The notes below the pieces were generated by a model. That model made no database searches and was not told the DNA's origin. It was given only the letters and a program-made list of their open reading frames with translations. From NCBI GenBank assembly GCA_049515895.1, contig JBEKTQ010000028.1:1-34185 (forward strand): a DNA stretch of 34,185 nt, written 5' to 3'. The DNA comes from Candidatus Bathyarchaeia archaeon. GTDB taxonomy: Archaea > Thermoproteota > Bathyarchaeia > Bathyarchaeales > Bathycorpusculaceae. Positions within the stretch are counted from its first letter, which is position 1. Every line of letters starts with the position of its first letter. The position numbers and the translations under genes were made by a program. This document shows, piece after piece, positions 1 through 9,476 of this stretch.

Positions 1-449
1 CCCGCAACAAATGCTGAGGCTCCTTTATTATTTGCAGTCATTGAGTTTTGATAGTTTCCTGTGTCTGTTCTACCAAAGGTGTACAGAGTTGGGGAAGGCG
101 TAGGTGTTGGAGTTGGGGTTGGGCTTGGAGCAGGAGTAGCTGTGGGAGTTGGCGTTGGGGTTGGCGTCAGCGTTGGTTTTGGAGTTGGCGTGGGGGTTGT
201 GGTTGGTGTAGGCGTTAGAGAAGGTGTTGGGGTAGGTGTTGGAGTTGGCGTTGGCGTGTGTGTGGGGGTTGGAGTGGGCGTTGCCGTGGGTTTAGGTGTA
301 GGCGTCGGGTAAGGATGGCGGAATATTCTAGCATCTGATGTTGGCGCCAGAGAGGATGATATGAGTGCAGTAATCACCAATATTACTATTAACAGGCTAA
401 TTGTTCCCTTAACTTTTTCAGGCAGTCGAGGAAAAGTTATTTTCGGCAA
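1..449 (-). CDS. Secreted/surface protein with N-terminal signal/TM and long Pro/Thr linker (3' part runs off the window)
   Basis: Manual translation from TTG at 449: [62 protein letters not shown]...; open to base 1, GGGGG just upstream. Absent from the ORF track because no stop lies in the window. Confidence 0.8.
   Translation of the reverse strand, partial: MPKITFPRLPEKVKGTISLLIVILVITALISSSLAPTSDARIFRHPYPTPTPKPTATPTPTPTHTPTPTPTPTPTPSLTPTPTTTPTPTPKPTLTPTPTPTPTATPAPSPTPTPTPTPSPTLYTFGRTDTGNYQNSMTANNKGASAFVA
90..309 (-). repeat. Degenerate low-complexity repeat encoding a (PT)n linker
   Basis: Repeating ggtgtt/ggagtt/ggcgtt hexamers on + strand, i.e. Pro/Thr codons on - strand. Confidence 0.85.
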
Positions 450-862
450 CCATTTGCCCCCAAGCGCGCATGCATATCGAACGGCTCGTTGAAATAATTT
501 TTGAAACTGGCTCCGAATTGACCAATGGCAGTTTTCGAATTTTCAGCTTTTTCTGTGGCCAATTCTATTATCGGTTTTTCTTGGGCTAAATAGTAGATTG
601 TGGTTTTTGATACCTTGCGTTTATTTAGCCATCCCATACGGGTGAGTTGATTTAGGTAATTGCTTTCTAACGCGCGGCTTCGCCCAGTCAGATTAGAAGC
701 CTCTGTAGCGTCGCATTCGCCCTTGGAAGAGACAGATATGTATGTTCTTCGCAGGTGGTCTGGCAAGGAAAAAAGTTTTGATTCGGATATTTCTACAGGT
801 GGTGGGCTCCATTTTGACAGGTGTTTTTCAAGGTCGTCTAAACGAAAATGAATAGTTTGCAT
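437..862 (-). CDS. Winged-helix DNA-binding protein (archaeal HTH regulator)
   Basis: [10 protein letters not shown]...[32 protein letters not shown]...IYY has wHTH helix-turn-helix plus wing pattern; frame is open a further 13 codons to ATA at 901. Confidence 0.7.
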   Translation of the reverse strand: MQTIHFRLDDLEKHLSKWSPPPVEISESKLFSLPDHLRRTYISVSSKGECDATEASNLTGRSRALESNYLNQLTRMGWLNKRKVSKTTIYYLAQEKPIIELATEKAENSKTAIGQFGASFKNYFNEPFDMHARLGANGCRK

Positions 863-1432
863 CTCACGAAATATTTTTTCAAATACCGATCTTTTGACTA
901 TTTATGTTCCCCTCTCATGATTTTCGCCTCCCCTTTAAGCCAATATAGAATTTATGATTTCTTGAGAATCTGAATAACGTTATTTGCTAATTTGCATAGA
1001 ATTTTGTCAGTTCTCCTTCGCTTGTTTGTCAAGTCGGCTTTGTAAAGAATAATTTCGAGGAGATTTAGTGTAATTTTAGAATAGTTCAGAATGAATAAGC
1101 AGCCTAAAGAGATGAGTTGTATCTGGAGTAAAGTTTGGTTTTATGATCTAGAGTTAAGTTTGGGTGCTCGTCATCGCCCGGTTCTTTTTTGGGCAGATTG
1201 ATGATCGACACGAATTACGTTCTTAAAAACTGTCATTCCTGATGTTGTGTTTAGCTTTTCAGGGTCACTTCTGCTTATATTCCTATTTCGCGGGCGCTGC
1301 AGATTCAATGGTGATTTCAGATAATTCGCACTTTGTTAGAAACTAATGTTTGCACATCCTTCTTACGACTGTAGCCTGGTTAAGTAATATTTCAAAAAGA
1401 CTATAATACAAATTCGACTATAGATTTGAGAG

Positions 1433-3424
1433 ATGATGGAGTTTCAATATTCAGAAAAGAAAAAAGTGAAACCACTCAACTTAAGGAACATACTGCATTC
1501 CATAAACCTCAGAAAGCTCACGATACCAGCGGCATTATGCCTCAGCGCACTCTTAATCCTGACAATGCTATCAGCGTTCTCATCCACTTCAGACAAAGCA
1601 ACAACAGCAGCACCTTTGCGTAGCGCGCGCTCTTCTCAACATCCAAATTATTCCGCTCCAGATGATCCGGCTGGCACTCTTTCGAGAACGATGTCACTTT
1701 ATGTAAATTATACTGCGACACCACTTGATTATGCTCCCACATTTGCAACGACAGTTTATTATAATGCTACACGAGGAGGAGAAACATCATTATTTTCCAT
1801 AGATATTATTGATTGGACTAATATTCAAGGGTACATATTCAGCACTAACGCAACTGGCAGCATGGTTAATTCAACTTACACCACGCTTTCGGGGTCTCCA
1901 ACTTCGGTGACGATTAATTCCACAGCAGTCATGCCGTCTCTTGGGAATTCTCTGCAGATTCAATGGTTCGCAAATGGCACTGATGGAACTTGGGGAAGTA
2001 GCCCAACATTTACTTATTTAAGCTACTCTGTAGCAGGAGGAACTTACGTTGCTGGCAACCAACTCTTTTACCCAAACGGAACGGTCTTAACTTTAACAGG
2101 TATGGTCTACACGTATTTCTTGGATAGTGAAGGCGGGTCATGGATGTATCCTGACGGTTCTGTCCATTGGCTAACTGACCCAATGGACACAACAGGTGTT
2201 GCAGATTTGCTTGATTTTACAGAGGCATGTAACTGTAACGTAATCAGATTGCATTTAACTGTGCAATACTGGTTAGATAACTTAGACAATTATCAGAGCA
2301 ATCTTGAATACTTCATAACTCAAGCAGCCAACAAAGGCATATACATTGATTTCGAGTTTTTCGCAGATTCATTCAATTCTACTTCTTACACTTTCAGCGG
2401 TGACCTTTGGCTTGGAGGTAATGGTGTATTAAACAGCACCGCTGATTTTGTGAATCTTTGGGGAAATACCAGCACGATCTTGAAAAACTACCCAAACGTC
2501 ATATTTGAACTGTGGAATGAACCGTCTCCACCAGATGCACCTGAAGCAACATGGATGAATGTAACGGAACAATGCATCGACAGAATACGTTCAACAGGTG
2601 CTATTCAACCGATAAACGTAATGTGGAACCAGGCAATTTACTACGATTTCGGTGACGGATACACTGGTGTAGGTGGTGCTGGTCGCACCATGAATTGGGT
2701 AACCGATTACCCGTTAAATGACCCATGCGGAAACCTAATTTACAGCACACACATATATCGTAACGACTTCTTCAATTCGTCAAACGGTTATCAGCAAATT
2801 TACAGCTACTTCGACATGAATTACGCTTTAACCTATTGTGGAGTTTATGGTGTTGCACAAAATCATCCACTTGTAATTTTCGAAATAGGTGCCAATCTAT
2901 GGGCATCAGACCCAACAAACGAAACAAACTGGCTGAACAATACTTTAACATGCCTTGACCAACACGGAATCGGCTACGCATACTTTGCTGCACCACCTTG
3001 GCGATCCGGAGCACAACAATGGGGTTTGGTCACAGAAAACCCAGACTTCACTTTAGACGCTGCGGGAGTAGTATTTATAGCTCACACGGGTGGAATGAAC
3101 TATACAGATTGGCTTACTCTTCAACAGCCAACTCCCACTCCTTCGCCGACTCCAACTCCCACTCCTTCGCCGACTCCAACTCCCACTCCTTCGCCGACTC
3201 CAACTCCCACCTCATTACAAACGCCGACATCTACTTCAACACCAACACCAGTTACAACACCGGTTTCAACACCAACCCTATCAGCATCACCAACACCGTT
3301 AACTACAGCTCCAATAGGTGGTGTTTCAACTGATACTGCGATCATCATAGCATCAGCTGTAGTATTAGTTATAGTGACGATTTCGTTCGGAGCATATGCG
3401 TACACAAAAAGAAGCAAAAAATAA
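1433..3424 (+). CDS. Membrane-anchored glycoside hydrolase family 5 (cellulase-like) protein
   Basis: GH5 motifs NVIRL, IFELWNEP (acid/base Glu), STHIY, VIFEIG (nucleophile Glu); N-terminal hydrophobic segment, PT linker, C-terminal TM plus basic tail (KRSKK). Confidence 0.85.
   Translation: MMEFQYSEKKKVKPLNLRNILHSINLRKLTIPAALCLSALLILTMLSAFSSTSDKATTAAPLRSARSSQHPNYSAPDDPAGTLSRTMSLYVNYTATPLDYAPTFATTVYYNATRGGETSLFSIDIIDWTNIQGYIFSTNATGSMVNSTYTTLSGSPTSVTINSTAVMPSLGNSLQIQWFANGTDGTWGSSPTFTYLSYSVAGGTYVAGNQLFYPNGTVLTLTGMVYTYFLDSEGGSWMYPDGSVHWLTDPMDTTGVADLLDFTEACNCNVIRLHLTVQYWLDNLDNYQSNLEYFITQAANKGIYIDFEFFADSFNSTSYTFSGDLWLGGNGVLNSTADFVNLWGNTSTILKNYPNVIFELWNEPSPPDAPEATWMNVTEQCIDRIRSTGAIQPINVMWNQAIYYDFGDGYTGVGGAGRTMNWVTDYPLNDPCGNLIYSTHIYRNDFFNSSNGYQQIYSYFDMNYALTYCGVYGVAQNHPLVIFEIGANLWASDPTNETNWLNNTLTCLDQHGIGYAYFAAPPWRSGAQQWGLVTENPDFTLDAAGVVFIAHTGGMNYTDWLTLQQPTPTPSPTPTPTPSPTPTPTPSPTPTPTSLQTPTSTSTPTPVTTPVSTPTLSASPTPLTTAPIGGVSTDTAIIIASAVVLVIVTISFGAYAYTKRSKK
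3128..3210 (+). repeat. Perfect 24-bp tandem repeat x3.5 (ccaactcccactccttcgccgact) encoding PTPTPSPT
   Basis: Units start at 3128, 3152, 3176 and a partial unit at 3200. Confidence 0.9.
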
Positions 3425-4105
3425 AATAAACCTCGTCCTTCTTAACATCGGACGTAAGACCAACTTCGACTGGCTCGTCTATGCGTCATCGCATCCAAAC
3501 TTGATTTTAGAGAAGTATTGAGCAGGCTAAGTGCCTTAACCAAAATTGTTTTGGAAGGCGTTTACCTTATTTGATGGGTCATAATACCGAGGACAACACC
3601 AACAAAATCCACTCGCAACATAGTCACGACTGGCTATCTATAAATATCACAAAACCCGATTGAAACGTTAAAAAGGAGATACATACGGTTGGAGCTTTCA
3701 AGAGTTAAGTCTTGTAGCATCTGCCAGAATCAATTAAAAAAAGTTTAGTCTGTATCCAAGTGTGGTAGCAGAAGGCAAGAGATCTGAAAAGCTCAATATG
3801 CCGATTCAATGGTGATGTTAGGAGCAAGGTCTCCGTGGAAAGTTCTTTTCGAACTACAAGATCGAGAGGATAGGTGAGTGCGCGCGGAGTAGAAAAGCAT
3901 AACCTGAAATGAAGCACAGCGAGGCTAGTGCGAACGACATTTTCAGCGTAATTGAACCTCAGTTCTTGTGGAGACGTCTCCCGAAGTGCAATCTGGTAAT
4001 CGGCTTTTCGCTATTTTGATATACCAACCACCATGAAGGCTCGCTCCCAAATAAACTACGCCATGGAAGGTGCCACTATACTTCTTCTTAACGCTTTCAA
4101 AAAAG

Positions 4106-4825
4106 TCATCCTGACTGTTTTTGGGCTAAAACTGCGTTCCAAGGCGATTCAGCTTTAGTGAATACTTTGACACCCACAAAATCAACTGACCGCATAGTAT
4201 TTCGTATTTCTTCCAATGGAATAAGGCGCACGTGGGTTTCCTCAATCAATTTTGGATACTTAACTTCGTACACCCCGTCCTGAACCATTTCATTCACCAG
4301 AAGCAGTTTTCCGCCTGGCTTCAGCACCCGTTTTATTTCCACTAGGGCATCGCGAAAACTGAGCCAAAAATAATAGGTTTCAAAAGCTGTCACTAAATCA
4401 AAATAATCGTTGGGAAAACTCATTTTCTCAACTGACCCCTCAACTATTTGCACACGGTTTTGGGCAATCAGCTTTTTGTTCACTTTTTTGGAATAATCTA
4501 CCATGTCAGCTGAATAGTCGATGCCGAAGACTTTTCCTTGGGGGGCCTGCTGGGCTAATCTGCTAACTGTTTTGCCGCCTCCACAGCCCACATCCAAAAT
4601 TACATCGTCAGATGCGATTTTTACCGTTGTTAGTCCCCACAATGTAAGCGGTTCGTGTCTTTGGTTCATCAGTTTGGCGGCTAATCTGCCTGGGCGACCC
4701 GATGGGCATCGATATTGGTCCTTTAATCCAAACTTCCCCGCCACTATTCGAGTTAGCGCGCGTTCAAGGACATATTCGAGGAACGCCTTTGGATTATGCT
4801 TAGATTTTACTTTCGATCGCTTCAT
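4106..4825 (-). CDS. Class I SAM-dependent methyltransferase (true start possibly GTG at 4744)
   Basis: Motif I ILDVGCGGG, GIDYS, FDLVTAFETYYFW, RVLKPGG. Confidence 0.85.
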   Translation of the reverse strand: MKRSKVKSKHNPKAFLEYVLERALTRIVAGKFGLKDQYRCPSGRPGRLAAKLMNQRHEPLTLWGLTTVKIASDDVILDVGCGGGKTVSRLAQQAPQGKVFGIDYSADMVDYSKKVNKKLIAQNRVQIVEGSVEKMSFPNDYFDLVTAFETYYFWLSFRDALVEIKRVLKPGGKLLLVNEMVQDGVYEVKYPKLIEETHVRLIPLEEIRNTMRSVDFVGVKVFTKAESPWNAVLAQKQSG

Positions 4826-5097
4826 GATTAATCCTTTTCATTGAAGGGAGCAAGGAGGTTTTTGGTGCGCAACCGCGGCATGCATTACTCTTTCTCCCCT
4901 GTTCAAGTATTCAGGTTCTGTCTAATAGTCTTGCGTTGATATTCGGTTTTGACTCTGATGTAGCGCGCAGATTCATTTGGTGATCTCAAGAGTAGGGTCT
5001 CTCTGTGGAAAAAGTCCTTTTCCCACTATAAAATATCGCGCTTTTGGTAAATCCTTCTCTTGTAGAGGTCATTTGTCGTTTTGTGCTATAAGGGTGT

Positions 5098-5292
5098 CTA
5101 AACTCGCATTAGAACTGTAACCAGAAAAGCTAAGCCGCAGCCGAGGGCTGCTAGCCTCAATTTTTTCTTGTCTATACGGAATTGTGCTGAATACTCTGGT
5201 AGTGAAAGCAGCAGTTCTGATGTTATCAGTAATATTATGGCTGTGACTGCAAGCCAGAGACTTATGTCTGACAATGATAAAGGAAAATCCAT
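5098..5292 (-). CDS. Small two-TM membrane protein
   Basis: Two hydrophobic helices; starts 6 bp after the stop of the upstream gene. Confidence 0.7.
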   Translation of the reverse strand: MDFPLSLSDISLWLAVTAIILLITSELLLSLPEYSAQFRIDKKKLRLAALGCGLAFLVTVLMRV

Positions 5293-5298
5293 TTTACG

Positions 5299-6132
5299 TC
5301 AACCTTGCACAATTTGATACTCTGTATCTATTGTTGAATCATCTGGGTGTACATCGGTCCTTTGTATTGTGACAGTTTTTCCTGTTGCCATGGCGAGGGC
5401 ACAGGCAATGGCGCTGGCGATTGGGCAGCCGAGAAAATATATACTTTTCAGTTTGTAGTCGCGGTTGTAAAGGTTTTTGTAAAGTGAGTCGCGGATTGTC
5501 AGTTTGACTCTGTCTGCCTCTGCATTCATGGTTAAGTCTTTAGCTACGTTGAAGTCTTCTAATATGATGCGGGGCAGCACTTCGCATAATTCGTTTAGTT
5601 CTATTTTTGTGATGTTTGGGATTTTCTTTTCGATTTGGTTGAGGAGGCCTATTCCGGGTGGCGCTACGAGTATGCCTTTTGGGTTTGTGAGTAGGAATTT
5701 GCCTTGGGCAGTTTCTTCAATCGAGGGCAGGGTATCATTTTTTTCGGCTGCGATGAAGACAATTGTGTCTTTGAGTCCTTTGAGATGTTCTGGAAGGTAT
5801 GCTTCTCGGGGGTAAGACGGTACGTAGCAGCTTTTTCCGGTGTACTTGAAATCGTTGATTATTCGGTCAATTGTTGAGTACGTTGAGACTGCTGTGCTGG
5901 TTAGGAGATTGCTTTCAACGTAGCGTACTGGTGTCACGAGGAGGAAAAGGGCGCCCCAGAAGGTTAAACCTAAGCCTGTGAAAGCTAAGATTTGGGATGA
6001 TGCGTAAACTGCGAAGATGAGCGCCAGGATACCTGCAATCAGGAAGTTTACGCTGATTAGGCTTGAAGTTGAGCGTCTGATTTTGCGTTTTTGCTTTTCA
6101 GATTTGGGTTTTTCTGCAGGGTCCTTAGACAT
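5299..6132 (-). CDS. Hypothetical membrane protein (two N-terminal TM helices, soluble C-terminal domain)
   Basis: 277-aa ORF, N-terminal hydrophobic pair, LGCPIASAIACALA motif, operon context. Confidence 0.7.
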   Translation of the reverse strand: MSKDPAEKPKSEKQKRKIRRSTSSLISVNFLIAGILALIFAVYASSQILAFTGLGLTFWGALFLLVTPVRYVESNLLTSTAVSTYSTIDRIINDFKYTGKSCYVPSYPREAYLPEHLKGLKDTIVFIAAEKNDTLPSIEETAQGKFLLTNPKGILVAPPGIGLLNQIEKKIPNITKIELNELCEVLPRIILEDFNVAKDLTMNAEADRVKLTIRDSLYKNLYNRDYKLKSIYFLGCPIASAIACALAMATGKTVTIQRTDVHPDDSTIDTEYQIVQG

Positions 6133-6229
6133 TTGGGCGTTGCCTTACGGATTATTTGATACTGACTTCTTTAAGTTTTCTGAAAACTGCCTACACTCTC
6201 CACGTGAGACACTGATTACAAATTAGGCA

Positions 6230-6853
6230 TTAAGTGGTCATGTTAAACCCTAAAGATGCGAAACGCTCGTGATATTGAAAATTGCTTATTGTGCTATTGT
6301 AAATCCAGAGTTCAAAGACGAGGTTTCCGTAGAAGACTTTTTTTTGTGCATCCCATGGCGAGTAGTTGTTGGCAAGATTTAGATTAACACCGTTGAGAGT
6401 CAACTGGTTATAGTCAATTTGTGATTGGGTTTGGTTATAAGTGTATTCAAACGAAAAACTCAGAGGTAATTCCCATGTTTGCTTGTCGGCTACAAAAGCT
6501 GTTATGTTGTAAAGTGAGGGCAAACTGCTGGCGGTAAGGTTAAAAGGATTGGGAGCTGACTGATTTTGATTGCGGAATTTCACTTCTACTTGGTAATAGG
6601 CGCAGTAGCCTAAGTGGTTTGCGGCACCTAAGTAAATGGTGTAGTTTTCGTTGCTCGTTACGTTGTATGGGAAGTTTGCGGCGGTGTGTTGAGGACCAAG
6701 AAGGTAAAATTCCGTGAAAAATTCTGTTTGGGGAGAAACAAGGAAATGTTGGAGTGCAGGGGAAGCCACAATTAACGCTGAAACAGCTGTTATGATGAGT
6801 ATTAACCCTTTGTATTCTCTAGGATTCATCTGTTTGTGCTCCCGATGGCTCAC
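6230..6853 (-). CDS. DUF1616-like membrane-anchored protein
   Basis: N-terminal TM then EFFTEFYLLGP...A.NFPYNV...ANHLG...Y.VEVK, typical of the DUF1616 domain. Confidence 0.7.
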   Translation of the reverse strand: MSHREHKQMNPREYKGLILIITAVSALIVASPALQHFLVSPQTEFFTEFYLLGPQHTAANFPYNVTSNENYTIYLGAANHLGYCAYYQVEVKFRNQNQSAPNPFNLTASSLPSLYNITAFVADKQTWELPLSFSFEYTYNQTQSQIDYNQLTLNGVNLNLANNYSPWDAQKKVFYGNLVFELWIYNSTISNFQYHERFASLGFNMTT

Positions 6854-7307
6854 ATTTTCTTTTCAACTTATACCACAATATTGTGCCGGCGGCGATTACA
6901 GCAAGAGTTCCAGCAATTGAAGCAGCTACAATCAAGGATTCTTGGTTTTCTTGTTGAATGGCTGCAACTTTTAGATCGTTTGCTTGGGAAATGAAATTGT
7001 CAAGTTTTGATTGGCTTTGGGTTGCGAGATTGATGGCTTGGTTAGAGTTTCCTGTGAAATAAGCTAGCTCGGCTTGGGACAGCAATGCGCCGGCATTGTT
7101 GAGGATATTTGTCAAGCTTGTAATGTTGGCACCTGCGGCGTCTGCTTCTTTGGCCGCGTTATAACAGCTTTGGATTTGGCTCTGAGCTGTAGATATGGAG
7201 GTTGCCGCTCCAGACTGTTCAGCCAAAACATTTGATGGCAAAGCACCAAGAGATAACACTATGAACATGGCTACTAGCAGAAGCTTGGCGTGTTTTTTAA
7301 ACATCAA
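6819..7307 (-). CDS. Helical secreted/membrane protein with signal peptide and C-terminal TM
   Basis: Signal-like N-terminus, Ala/Gln-rich helical body, C-terminal TM plus basic residues; overlaps the DUF1616 start. Confidence 0.7.
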   Translation of the reverse strand: MMFKKHAKLLLVAMFIVLSLGALPSNVLAEQSGAATSISTAQSQIQSCYNAAKEADAAGANITSLTNILNNAGALLSQAELAYFTGNSNQAINLATQSQSKLDNFISQANDLKVAAIQQENQESLIVAASIAGTLAVIAAGTILWYKLKRKCEPSGAQTDES

Positions 7308-7461
7308 TTGTTTTTCACATATGTGCGTTTCTCAATTAATGATTGCCCATTGAGGTAATTTCTTTGTTCTTAAATTTAGGTTAGCAAATTTAAGTATTCT
7401 TCACTCTTCCAGTGCTTTGCTGGGTTCGGGTCGGCCACGACGTTTCGCCAATGGCGCCAAG

Positions 7462-8457
7462 CTATTGCAAAGATATCTGATTTTTATATGCAAGACTGAT
7501 TGCTTCTAAGTCTTTCAGTCCATCTTCTCCTGAGGATGAAGGAGGCAGATCATTGATGATGCAGTTGAGAAAATGCCGTAGTTCGTCAAAGTGGCCCTGA
7601 TGGAACTGTGTTTTGCCGGTAGTTAACATCTGGATTCCTGCTGCCAACTGGCTTGATGGTGAATGTTGGGCGCTTTCGCTTTTTACGCTACCAAAGAAAT
7701 CGAGTTTAAACGTGTATTTTTGGGAAAACCAACCAACATTAATTAGAGCAATTGTTCCTGAATCAAACTTGGCTAAACACATGGCAGAATCTTCAAAATC
7801 CATGTTGAAGCGATGCCCAAAATAGCCTTTAATGTCGGTGATTTCGCCGAAGTACCATCGCATCAGGTTTATCATGTGGCTGCCCAAGTCCATGAGGACG
7901 CCGCCTCCGGTGAGTTCTTTGTTGAACCACCAGTCGGGAACAGGAACTGGCGTACTGGCTTCGGCTCTGTGGAAGAAAGGCCCTGAGCTTATGAAGGTCG
8001 CGTATGCGTTTTCGACGTCGCCGATTAATCCTTTTTCCATCTTTTCTTTGACGAAACCGAATTCCTCGTTGAACCTCATTGGGTAGCCCATCATGAGTTT
8101 TACGGAATTTCGCTGAGCGGCGGAAATAATCTCTTTTGCTTCTTCAACGTTTCTCGCAATTGGCTTCTCAAGAAAAATAGCCTTCCCAGCCTCCGCCGCT
8201 TCCCTTGCACACTGCAAGTGAAGATGGGTGGGCAAACCTATTATCACTGCTTCAACTTCCGAGTCCTTCAAAAGCTCGCTGTAGTTGGTGAATGTTTTTT
8301 TGACGCGGTCTTTCTTGGCATTTTTCAAGGCTTTCGCGGAAACATCCGCAACTGCCAAAACCTCCGCGTTCGGAATTTTCAGGCAATGGCGAAGATGAAT
8401 TTGCCCAACATAGCCCAGGCCAATAATTCCCAGTTTAACAGTTCTCACTTCGTTCAC
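7462..8457 (-). CDS. Gfo/Idh/MocA family oxidoreductase
   Basis: GIIGLGYVG Rossmann motif, EKP motif, GGGVLMDLGSH. Confidence 0.9.
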   Translation of the reverse strand: MNEVRTVKLGIIGLGYVGQIHLRHCLKIPNAEVLAVADVSAKALKNAKKDRVKKTFTNYSELLKDSEVEAVIIGLPTHLHLQCAREAAEAGKAIFLEKPIARNVEEAKEIISAAQRNSVKLMMGYPMRFNEEFGFVKEKMEKGLIGDVENAYATFISSGPFFHRAEASTPVPVPDWWFNKELTGGGVLMDLGSHMINLMRWYFGEITDIKGYFGHRFNMDFEDSAMCLAKFDSGTIALINVGWFSQKYTFKLDFFGSVKSESAQHSPSSQLAAGIQMLTTGKTQFHQGHFDELRHFLNCIINDLPPSSSGEDGLKDLEAISLAYKNQISLQ

Positions 8458-8471
8458 CTAAATGCTTTGGG

Positions 8472-9362
8472 TTATCCTATTCCAAGTTTCTTAGCTAGCT
8501 TTAAACGAACTACCCAGATGTATGCTTGGCCCATCAGTTTTTTCTTGAGGTTCTTTTTGGGATAGACAGCTCTGAATTGGTTAAGGGGCTCACCTTTAGG
8601 AATGAAATCCACGGATCCTAAGCCTTCTCTGTTTGCGAGCTTGAGATACTTTATTTTTCTAGGGTTTAGTCCCGCGATTTTTGCTGATGCTGCATCTATG
8701 GCGACAGGGTCTTTGCTTGCCATAACTAGCCCCAGTTTGCGTGGTTGGATTCCTGAAACGATGTTGCCATCTATGATACAGAGGTCAAACTTCATTGCTT
8801 TGTTGAGTGAAACAATAGCGTTTCCAAGTTGTGGATGATACTTGGATTTTTGCGGATAGGGATTGCAACCGTAGATATTTTTAAGTGAGCAGGTCAATTC
8901 GATTCCTTTCATTGTGTATTTTATTTTTGGCAGGTTAATTCTCAAATCTGCGTTCTTAATTATTTGAGGAACCTGAAAATTGTGTGATTTTCCATCACAT
9001 GTTACTGTAGCCTCTTCACTCTTTTCTTCTGAAAGGTTAACAAGCCTAACGCCTGAATCTTTGAAGAGTTTTTCATACCCCAAAAACTTGAAGGCGTATT
9101 TACATTTCATTGCTGACGCGTCAGATTCCACCAGTGCTATGTCGGAGACCGAGGTTTTCTCGCGCAAAATGTCAACTAAAGCTGCGACGAATTTTGGATC
9201 AGTGGTCTGCCCTGTGGAGTAATCCCAGTAATAACACATGTTGGGCTTTATGACGACTTCGCCAATTTTTCTGTCAAATGAATACCCCAGCAAATTCAGT
9301 GAATCTTCAATTGCTTTCTTGAAATTGGATTTTTCGATTTTAACTAGGCTGACCACGCTCAT
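8472..9362 (-). CDS. DUF362 domain protein
   Basis: VVIKPN, TTDP, INLPKIK, SLKNIYG, IIDG, DPVAID motifs; GGTGA RBS. Confidence 0.8.
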   Translation of the reverse strand: MSVVSLVKIEKSNFKKAIEDSLNLLGYSFDRKIGEVVIKPNMCYYWDYSTGQTTDPKFVAALVDILREKTSVSDIALVESDASAMKCKYAFKFLGYEKLFKDSGVRLVNLSEEKSEEATVTCDGKSHNFQVPQIIKNADLRINLPKIKYTMKGIELTCSLKNIYGCNPYPQKSKYHPQLGNAIVSLNKAMKFDLCIIDGNIVSGIQPRKLGLVMASKDPVAIDAASAKIAGLNPRKIKYLKLANREGLGSVDFIPKGEPLNQFRAVYPKKNLKKKLMGQAYIWVVRLKLAKKLGIG

Positions 9363-9476
9363 TTTTGTTCACCCACTTCTCATGATAGCGTAATATAAAG
9401 ATTATATCAGATTGCTCTATAACGTGAGTACAATTTCAGGGTACCCTTAGGCGCGCTCCCTTGTTTATTCTCCTTA

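Noticed and set aside
61-312. Gly/Val-repeat ORF on + strand
   Set aside because: It is the antisense shadow of the Pro/Thr linker of the minus-strand gene 1..449.
3128-3210. 24-bp repeats as a CRISPR array
   Set aside because: The units are directly abutting with no spacers, lie in frame within a CDS, and no cas genes are present.
2998-3417. ORFs 2998..3333(+) and 3121..3417(-) with repeats
   Set aside because: They are alternative-frame or antisense readings of the GH5 PT linker.
3705-3917. 70-aa ORF
   Set aside because: It has no recognisable motif or RBS and spans a GC tract; likely spurious or debris.
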